Below the pieces are notes generated by a model, which saw only the letters and a list, made by a program, of their open reading frames with translations, was not told the origin of the DNA and did not search any database. A program made the translations under genes and the position numbers. Below, one piece after another: positions 56,943 through 64,000 of a stretch of DNA of 64,000 nt (position 1 is the stretch's first letter; every line of letters starts with the position of its first letter). The DNA lies in contig JAKFCY010000002.1 of assembly GCA_036676395.1 (NCBI GenBank), positions 2,368,001 through 2,432,000 on the forward strand, given 5' to 3'. The DNA comes from Bdellovibrio sp. (GTDB lineage: Bacteria; Bdellovibrionota; Bdellovibrionia; Bdellovibrionales; Bdellovibrionaceae).

Positions 56943-58958
56943 TTACTTTTCGCCCTGAAAGTAGAAGGGGTAATAAATTTCTGCTGCTGCCCCTGCTGGT
57001 GGTTCAGGAAATCTTAAAGTTAATAATCTGGCGCGCACACATTCGGCTACCGCTGAATTATTTAACGTTGATTTTTCTTTAACCACGCGTGCATTTTTTG
57101 CCACGCCTTTTTCATGAATTTCCCAGAAAATCATCACTTTACCTTCAAGCTTTGGATCTTTCGAATATTCACGATTGAAACACGCTTTGAAACTTTGTAA
57201 AGCTGATCTAACAACACGGCGAACGGCATCTTTATCGATTGAACCGATAAATTCTTCTTCTGCCCCACCCGGAGTAACGGCCACTGAATCTTTGTTACCA
57301 AAGCCAGATCCGCCAACACCAGTACCGTAACCTGAACCACCTTTTGTGCCCACGCCAGCGATACCCTGAGTCGCAGTGCCTTTTCCGCCTGCGCCTGTGT
57401 CTTTAAATTTAGAACCTAAATCATTGCCTGCACGAGTTTCATTAAAACCAGAAGCACCCGTTGCTTTTTCACCAGCTCCTAAAGCTTCGCCAGAACCTGA
57501 ATAAGCTTTATCTAACTGCGAACGTGCGCCACCTGATCCAAACGCAGATAATAGACCTGTGTTTGTTGGATCTGGTTCTTTTGACTGGGCATTCGCTCCA
57601 GCTTTCGGACCTGTCTTAACTGCACCACCTTGTTTAGTTGAAGTAAACATTTTGGTTTTGTTTTTCGAATCTTTTGGTTTTACTTCACTTGCGCGACCTG
57701 CTGATTTCGAAGCTTGCGCTTTTTGCTCAGGCTTATTCGGATCACCTTTAGTTTTAATCTCTTGCTCTTTATCCTTCATCGTCACTTTTTTCGGTGGCTC
57801 TGGTGGCTTAGGAGGAGGAACTTGTGTAGGTGGCGGAACTACTGGCGGCGTAATCACAACCGGAGGATTCACCGGCACTGGTGGTTTAGTAAAAATAACC
57901 TGTGCTACACGTTCAACTTCGTCTTCTTCATCCATAGTTTTTGGTGCGAGCACTGACATGATTAAACTTAATAACACGGCAAAAATAGTTGCAGCTAAAA
58001 TTCCGGTAAATTCACTTGATGTTAAAATTAACGGTGAATCTAAAGGAACAACTTTTGTTTTCGGTGCGAAACGAATGGCTAATTGCATTCCGTTAGCTAA
58101 GTGCACGAATAAAACTTCATTTTGCTGTAATTTATAATTGCTTTCAGATAACACCATGATGTCTTCAGCACGGTGAACTTCAGCTTTCATGTCATTAGCC
58201 AAACGAACTGTTACGCCCGTTGTGCAGTCTAACATCACCCAGTCTTTAGGAGCTGCACCCGCAGGCAACTGAATCGCTTGCTCAGGGCCTGATTTATAAT
58301 GGCCACGCGGTTCGAAATGATGTGTTGATAATACACGTTCTTTCCACGAGACGATCACTTGCACTAAACTGCCCTGACCCGGTTTGATGAACTCATTTAA
58401 ATTCTGATGTTCACTGCTAGGAGCAAAGGTTTTTTGATTTTTAGATTTTTTAGTTCGTGCGAACGATTGGTTTTTCACCGCACGAGTTCCTACAAACGCC
58501 GCATTGATCGTAGGTTTTGCCAACGATGTTGCTGTCATTACAGGAGGCGCAGCCGGAGGAGCTTTAACTGGCGGCTCGCTAGGCTTAGTATTCGCCGCTG
58601 CGACCACAAGCTCTGAACTTGTTTCTTGGTTATGCACTGGTTTTGGCACCCCAACAAAAAATACAATTTTAAACGGACCAACCTGAAATTCATCATTGGT
58701 ATTTAATGGTTCGTCTAAAACCACTTGTCCATTTTTGTATGTACCTTGCGATGAGCCTAAGTCACATAGGTGGTATTGTGTTCCGCGTTTTTCTACTAGG
58801 CAGTGAATCGCAGACACTTCTTTTGATTCTAAATCGACATCAACTTCAGCGCCAGAATCCAGGCTGCTTCCGAAAACAATTTGATCTTTGTCGATAAATT
58901 GTTTTACGAAATGAATTTGATTGTTCTTGAATACTCTAAATATAATCGGAGATTTCAA
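56943..58958 (-). CDS. GltG-like protein (FHA domain, TM, Pro/Gly-rich linker, AgmX/PglI TonB_C-like C-terminus)
   Basis: VSAIHC...DLGSSQGTYKNG (FHA); CFNRE...LEGKV...CV...LRFPEP...YPFYF. Confidence 0.85.
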   Translation of the reverse strand: MKSPIIFRVFKNNQIHFVKQFIDKDQIVFGSSLDSGAEVDVDLESKEVSAIHCLVEKRGTQYHLCDLGSSQGTYKNGQVVLDEPLNTNDEFQVGPFKIVFFVGVPKPVHNQETSSELVVAAANTKPSEPPVKAPPAAPPVMTATSLAKPTINAAFVGTRAVKNQSFARTKKSKNQKTFAPSSEHQNLNEFIKPGQGSLVQVIVSWKERVLSTHHFEPRGHYKSGPEQAIQLPAGAAPKDWVMLDCTTGVTVRLANDMKAEVHRAEDIMVLSESNYKLQQNEVLFVHLANGMQLAIRFAPKTKVVPLDSPLILTSSEFTGILAATIFAVLLSLIMSVLAPKTMDEEDEVERVAQVIFTKPPVPVNPPVVITPPVVPPPTQVPPPKPPEPPKKVTMKDKEQEIKTKGDPNKPEQKAQASKSAGRASEVKPKDSKNKTKMFTSTKQGGAVKTGPKAGANAQSKEPDPTNTGLLSAFGSGGARSQLDKAYSGSGEALGAGEKATGASGFNETRAGNDLGSKFKDTGAGGKGTATQGIAGVGTKGGSGYGTGVGGSGFGNKDSVAVTPGGAEEEFIGSIDKDAVRRVVRSALQSFKACFNREYSKDPKLEGKVMIFWEIHEKGVAKNARVVKEKSTLNNSAVAECVRARLLTLRFPEPPAGAAAEIYYPFYFQGEK

Positions 58959-59245
58959 CGTCCCCCCCGAAGTCGCTGGATGTCTTCAGATGTTTTTCTC
59001 ATTTCGGGTAAAAAGTTTTCTCTTAGTTTAATTAAGCGCGTGTAATTGAAATTTTTCTTTTGAAATAAGTAAAATAATTCTGGCTTCGACGCCGAACCTT
59101 CTACTAATTCGTCTTCGAAATTCAGGGTTTGTTTTTGCCCTGCGCGCAATTTGTAATTCTGTGCCAATGACACATTCGCAACTAATAAAGTTGCTAAACC
59201 TAAAATTAACGCAATATGTGATCGGAACATAAACGACCTCGTCAT
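58955..59245 (-). CDS. GltF-like small periplasmic protein
   Basis: Signal peptide; LNFEDELVEG...KP...LIKLRENFLPEM; position between GltE-like and GltG-like genes. Confidence 0.75.
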   Translation of the reverse strand: MTRSFMFRSHIALILGLATLLVANVSLAQNYKLRAGQKQTLNFEDELVEGSASKPELFYLFQKKNFNYTRLIKLRENFLPEMRKTSEDIQRLRGGR

Positions 59246-59246
59246 A

Positions 59247-60104
59247 CTATTTTAAACCAGCTTTTGCCTTTGATTCCAAATCTTTTATTAGATTCCTAGC
59301 CTCAGGAGGCGCGCCTACAAACTTTAGTCTGTTAAGAATATCAATTCCTTCGCGGTATTTTTGTTTATGTTCAATCAACAAGATTGAATAGTTTAACATA
59401 ATATCGCGCTGACCAGGATTATCCTTCATCAGCTTTTCATAAATTCCTGAAGCTTTGTCATGTTTTCCTGTGCCCGTTAATGCAATGGCATAGTTATTTA
59501 AAGTTTTAACATCTTTAGTTCCTTTACGAATCGGAATTTCCAGAGCTAATTCTGCTTTAGAATAATCTTTATCTTTCACATATATTGAACCCAAGTTTGC
59601 GCCAATGACTGCATCTTGATTATTAATTTCTAAACCTTTGCGAAAAGCCTTAATCGCTTCGCGCTTTTCACCCTGAGCCATACGAATCAAACCCATATTA
59701 CTGTAAAGTTCAGCGCGGTCATTATCGACAGCCAGCGCTTTATTTAATAAATACTCTGCAGCTTCATAACGACCGCGTTTGTAATACACCATCGCAAGAG
59801 CATTTAAAGCGCGCAGATCTTTTGGATTTTGCGTTAAAATCTCTGTAGTAGCTTGCGAAATACCTTCGTCATTTTGCAAGCGTACGGCCTCTGTTAGACG
59901 GTCTGCGGCTGTTGCGCCATCGACGGCTGAACCGTTCACGCCATTTTTCTTAATACTTGCATTCAAGTCACTTTGCGAAGGGCTTACTTTGTTTGAAGCC
60001 GCATCAGTCACTTCACTATCAGAATTGTTCGACGCTTTTTCTGATGAAGCACAGCCCACCATAAATGCAAGAACTAGTGTTGGAAGTAATTTTACTAATT
60101 TCAT
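59247..60104 (-). CDS. TPR lipoprotein, GltE/AglT-like
   Basis: Lipobox VGC; several TPRs; operon context. Confidence 0.8.
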   Translation of the reverse strand: MKLVKLLPTLVLAFMVGCASSEKASNNSDSEVTDAASNKVSPSQSDLNASIKKNGVNGSAVDGATAADRLTEAVRLQNDEGISQATTEILTQNPKDLRALNALAMVYYKRGRYEAAEYLLNKALAVDNDRAELYSNMGLIRMAQGEKREAIKAFRKGLEINNQDAVIGANLGSIYVKDKDYSKAELALEIPIRKGTKDVKTLNNYAIALTGTGKHDKASGIYEKLMKDNPGQRDIMLNYSILLIEHKQKYREGIDILNRLKFVGAPPEARNLIKDLESKAKAGLK

Positions 60105-63100
60105 TGTTTGCTATCTCCCACCCACTGGATTAAACGGGATTCTGAAGAAATCTCTGAACCACTGTAAACATTTTTAGAATCTTTAGCCGCCGCTTGCGCT
60201 AATGCGTGTTTGTAAGCATCGTTATATACATCTAAATCACGACCACGCTCAACAGCAGCTTTGTAACTGTCGTCTGCTTTTTTCAAGAACGGATCAGCAA
60301 TTTTTTGAATGCCGGCTGCGTATTGTTTTTTCTGGTCATCGTTTAAACCAGCAGGAACCGGCGCATTCACAATTGCCGTGCCAATATGCTCATTCGTAGC
60401 ACCTAATAAATCTAATGAAGATACGATTTCATCCGCCGAATCTAACTTGATCGTCTCTGTTAACACTTCACCGAGCTTAGTCACTAGGCCTAATTTTTTA
60501 TCGACAATTGTTTTTTGTTTTTTCGGATCAGCAGGAATTTTCAAAGCCACTAATTCGTTATACATTTCGCCGGCATTGCGTAGTTTAATTTTAGCGATGT
60601 ATTTCGCAGCATCCGATCGTTCTGCCTGTTTTAGTTTGTTGTAGACAGCAATAGCTTCGTTTTCTTCGCTTTTACCAACATAATAATATGCCGCAACCCG
60701 TTTTGCAGAATTAGGAGCAGATTCAGCGTACTCACGGTATTTCGACTGCCAACCTGGGCTGCCAGATTTACGCATTAATTCGGCTAAATTATAAAGAGTC
60801 TCTAGATTTTCTTTATTTGATTTGTTCACTTTTAAAAATTCATTGTAAGTGCTGATAGCTTCTTTGTTGCTGCCCAGAGCTTCATACATCACGGCCGCAT
60901 TAAATAAATAGTTCGGCGTTAATGGATCTTTTGGATTATCATTAGCAGCTTGTTTAAATAACTTTGCCGATTCTTCGAATTGGCCGGCGTCTTGGTAAAG
61001 CTTGGCTAATAGTTTTTGCGCTTTAGGTTTTACTGTGTCTGAGTTTTTATCTTTAGTTGATAAAGTCTTTTTGTAGTTTTGAATCGCTTCATAATTTTTA
61101 CCAGAGCGTTCAAAGTTAACGCCTGAATTAAATAAAGCCATTGAAACTAATTCAGATTTTGGATTTTGAATCGCGAAAGCCTGATACTGTTCAGCTGATT
61201 CTAAATACTTTTTGTCAGTTTCTAAATCCTGGCCTTTTTTAAAGCTTGCACGCTCTAAAACATTACGAATATCAGATCCCGTTTTCGAAGACGAAATGGA
61301 TTCATTTTGTAAAAGTTCGGCACCCATTTTTTCTAAGCCCACAAAATCTTTTTTAAGATTGTAGATATCTAATAAAAGATTCGCTGAATACTCAGAAAAC
61401 CTAGTTTTAGGGTATTTTGCCACGATCTCTTTAAACAGCACTTCAGCTTCGTTGAAATGATTCGATTGATAATACAAACGACCCATACGAAATTTGATTT
61501 CGGCCATTTTTTCTGAGTTCGGAAATTTTTCAGTGTACCATTGCGCTGATTTTAAGAATTTTTCAACTCTTGGATCAAACGGGATAGGTTCAATTGAATC
61601 CCCTTTACGTTTTGCTAACTCTTCATCTTTTGGAAGCGCTTTTTCAATCGATAATAATAAGTTCTGTGCCGACTTTGCGCCGTACTTACTTTTAGGAGCA
61701 TTTTCTGCAACCCAGGTATAATGAGTGGCTGCGTCTTCAAACTTATTCATATCATATAAAAGCTCGGCATAGAAAAAGTGCATATCAGCCACTTGCGTAG
61801 AATCAGAAAATTCCTGGAAGTATAATTGATATCCATCTAAAGCCAATTGACGAGAATATGATGCTCGTGAATTTTGCGCTGTTTGATGCTGTTGTAAGAT
61901 GTAATTTCTTAGCGTTTGTTCACGTAATTGGTATGACTTATCCAAGAAAGCCTGGTCATTTTTATTACGTTCTGCCCAGTTTGAATCTTTTTTGAAGTTA
62001 TTAATCCAGTTATATAATTCTTCTTTAAATTGTGGAGAATTTTTTGAGTAGAAGTAATTCTGTACAATTTGGTATTGGTATTCAAAAGCTTTTTTTGAAG
62101 TTGGATCTTCGCTGATTAAATAACGAAATACATCGCGAGAAGCATCTTTTCCGCCCTTATCAGCATAATAATAAGCTAATTTTTCGATGTAGGCATTACT
62201 GTCGGGTAAATTTAGGTTTTTGAAATAATTAACTGCGCGTTTTGTGTCCGCGATATCAGAAAAGAACATCACGATGTCGCGTAAGGCTTCATTTTCAAGT
62301 TTCGACCTGCGAACAGCCTTTTTACGTGACGAATTTTCATCTAACTTAATAATAAAATCTAAATATTTAATCGCCTCTTCAGTACGACCTAAGCGAAATA
62401 AACACCAGCCACCTTTGTATAAAGAAAATGAATGCAGTCTGTGACGTTTTTGTTTAATTAATTTTGAATACTCTTTATAGGCATCAGCCCATTTTTCGTT
62501 TTCAAAATAATATTCACCTAAGGCAAAGTGCGCTTCCCCTACGAATGGAGAATTAGGATAACGACGGGTTAATTGGTCGTAGTAACTTGCGCCTTTGGCG
62601 GCATCATTTAGTTCAAAGTAATTGTAACCTAAAAAGAATAGCGCTTGGCTAACTTTTTCGTCATTTGGGTAATCACGCAAGAACCATTCATACAGCTGAA
62701 TCGCACGGCGATTATACTGTTGTGACTCTTTCGTATCTAAGCGGGGCTTAGTTTTGGTTTTACCTTCTTGAAAATTACGCAATTGTGCATCGTAATTATC
62801 TTGCTTGCGCGAATCAACCAAAGTTGATTTTTCGACGTATAACTCAGCTAACCGTAACCACAATTCACCGCGGTTCGGGCTGTTTTCAAATTTTTTCGTT
62901 AATTTATAAAGCTCTTGAATCTGACGATCTAAAGTTTTTTCGTATTCAGCTTGATCATCACCTGGTTCAAATTTTAAAATCTCTGTTGAACGAGGCGGCT
63001 TTACCGAGGTCAAATTCGTTTGTGGCTGTTGTTTAAACGCAAACTGAGTTTCTGGTAATGTCGTATCGTTTTTTTGCATCGTCTGGATTTTACCACCACG

Positions 63101-63244
63101 GCTGTCATCTCTGACTTTACTGAGAAGTTCACCCACGGTCATTTTTTTAGACTTCTTCGACTGCGCGTGCGCGATCTCGGCCTTAGCTACTAAAATACCA
63201 ATCAATGCTGTAAAAAATATTAACCACTGAATCGTCTTCTTCAT
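60101..63244 (-). CDS. Large TPR protein, GltD/AgmU-like
   Basis: Signal peptide, many TPRs, RLAELY; operon context. Confidence 0.82.
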   Translation of the reverse strand: MKKTIQWLIFFTALIGILVAKAEIAHAQSKKSKKMTVGELLSKVRDDSRGGKIQTMQKNDTTLPETQFAFKQQPQTNLTSVKPPRSTEILKFEPGDDQAEYEKTLDRQIQELYKLTKKFENSPNRGELWLRLAELYVEKSTLVDSRKQDNYDAQLRNFQEGKTKTKPRLDTKESQQYNRRAIQLYEWFLRDYPNDEKVSQALFFLGYNYFELNDAAKGASYYDQLTRRYPNSPFVGEAHFALGEYYFENEKWADAYKEYSKLIKQKRHRLHSFSLYKGGWCLFRLGRTEEAIKYLDFIIKLDENSSRKKAVRRSKLENEALRDIVMFFSDIADTKRAVNYFKNLNLPDSNAYIEKLAYYYADKGGKDASRDVFRYLISEDPTSKKAFEYQYQIVQNYFYSKNSPQFKEELYNWINNFKKDSNWAERNKNDQAFLDKSYQLREQTLRNYILQQHQTAQNSRASYSRQLALDGYQLYFQEFSDSTQVADMHFFYAELLYDMNKFEDAATHYTWVAENAPKSKYGAKSAQNLLLSIEKALPKDEELAKRKGDSIEPIPFDPRVEKFLKSAQWYTEKFPNSEKMAEIKFRMGRLYYQSNHFNEAEVLFKEIVAKYPKTRFSEYSANLLLDIYNLKKDFVGLEKMGAELLQNESISSSKTGSDIRNVLERASFKKGQDLETDKKYLESAEQYQAFAIQNPKSELVSMALFNSGVNFERSGKNYEAIQNYKKTLSTKDKNSDTVKPKAQKLLAKLYQDAGQFEESAKLFKQAANDNPKDPLTPNYLFNAAVMYEALGSNKEAISTYNEFLKVNKSNKENLETLYNLAELMRKSGSPGWQSKYREYAESAPNSAKRVAAYYYVGKSEENEAIAVYNKLKQAERSDAAKYIAKIKLRNAGEMYNELVALKIPADPKKQKTIVDKKLGLVTKLGEVLTETIKLDSADEIVSSLDLLGATNEHIGTAIVNAPVPAGLNDDQKKQYAAGIQKIADPFLKKADDSYKAAVERGRDLDVYNDAYKHALAQAAAKDSKNVYSGSEISSESRLIQWVGDSKQ

Positions 63245-63247
63245 AAA

Positions 63248-64000
63248 TTACTCGCAGCTTTGTTTTCCAAGATAGTGATAATTACCAACTTCATCTAACC
63301 AGTACTCACCCTGAAACGGATAGTACTCGTAACCATTTTGCACGTAGAATGAACGATCTTGTTTATCATCCACCTGCAAATCTGTTAGATCTTTTCCTGC
63401 AATACGCTTTTTAATTGTCTCTTTTTTACCGTTAATCATCTCATAACGGATAAGACTTGCTTGTTCTTGTAAATCTTTAAGCTCGATATTCATGTTTTCT
63501 AAATGGGCTTTAACCATATCACCAGTTAAAGCTTTAGCACCTTTAAGACGGTTATTTAAGATTTTAAGGGCGTATTGGCCAACAGAAGAATTACGAAAAT
63601 TAGGGTTCTCTTCGATTAAACGGCGCTCTTCGACAACTTTTTTGATGTAAGCTAAAGAACGGCGAACATTACCCTCTTGAGAAATCTTGTTCACTACTTT
63701 GATCGGCAAGATTGTTTTTTTAGTGATGTCTTCGTCTTTCCTCATGATGTAAGCTTTTTCAACTTCAGAGTAATAACTTTCAGAAGCACGGCTTGAATTT
63801 AAGTAATTCTCTATACTTGTTTGTACCGGTCCATATTGCTTTTCATAAAGGCTTAATACTTTTTCGATCTCGTCATATTTACAGATGTATAAATAAACGA
63901 TTGATCTTAAAAGTAATGATTCTGGAATAAAAAAGTCTTCATAGTAGCTTGAATGCAGCGATTGAAAGTTAGATAAAGCCGATCTAAATCGGGCTGCACG
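63248..64000 (-). CDS. GltC-like TPR protein, 5' part outside the window
   Basis: Frame open to the window edge (RAARFRSALSNFQSLHSSYY...); C-terminal YPFQGEYWLDEVGNY...C matches the PFxGEYWxDExG motif. Confidence 0.75.
   Translation of the reverse strand, partial: RAARFRSALSNFQSLHSSYYEDFFIPESLLLRSIVYLYICKYDEIEKVLSLYEKQYGPVQTSIENYLNSSRASESYYSEVEKAYIMRKDEDITKKTILPIKVVNKISQEGNVRRSLAYIKKVVEERRLIEENPNFRNSSVGQYALKILNNRLKGAKALTGDMVKAHLENMNIELKDLQEQASLIRYEMINGKKETIKKRIAGKDLTDLQVDDKQDRSFYVQNGYEYYPFQGEYWLDEVGNYHYLGKQSCE

Noticed and set aside
1805..63036. Numerous 60-200 aa antisense or alternate-frame ORFs in the track (e.g. 4279..4869, 5446..5859, 57559..58137)
   Set aside because: They lie wholly or almost wholly within well-supported genes and have no motifs; they are shadow ORFs.

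Overview
A dense, AT-rich (roughly 40% GC by eye) chromosomal segment from a bacterium that looks like a Bdellovibrionaceae-type predator. This is inferred from an Agl-Glt gliding-motility operon, a myxobacterial-style PEGA Ser/Thr kinase and many secreted hypothetical proteins. Housekeeping genes include rnhA, addAB, coaE, an M3 peptidase, nadK-recN, cheX, lpxH, ftsQAZ, apt and rpoN-lptB-lptC. Accessory blocks sit between them: (i) a divergent RND/TolC pair with no adaptor gene; (ii) two hemerythrin genes sharing a CRP/FNR-type box and apparently leaderless promoters; (iii) a sigma54-type beta-barrel plus a 1.7-kaa metzincin lipoprotein; (iv) a sigma28-type barrel-lipoprotein-barrel operon; (v) a signal-peptide Fic protein next to a possible clan-CD protease. 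The most intriguing block is (vi): two exported PLD-superfamily enzymes with non-canonical HKD motifs, a lipoprotein and a 659-aa secreted protein carrying ADP-ribosyltransferase-like R/S/E motifs, which runs directly into ftsQAZ and has a divergent SleB-type wall hydrolase. A three-copy intergenic hairpin repeat with covarying stems is also present. No rRNA, tRNA, CRISPR array or transposase was seen. All family calls come from motif recognition by eye; no database searches were run.
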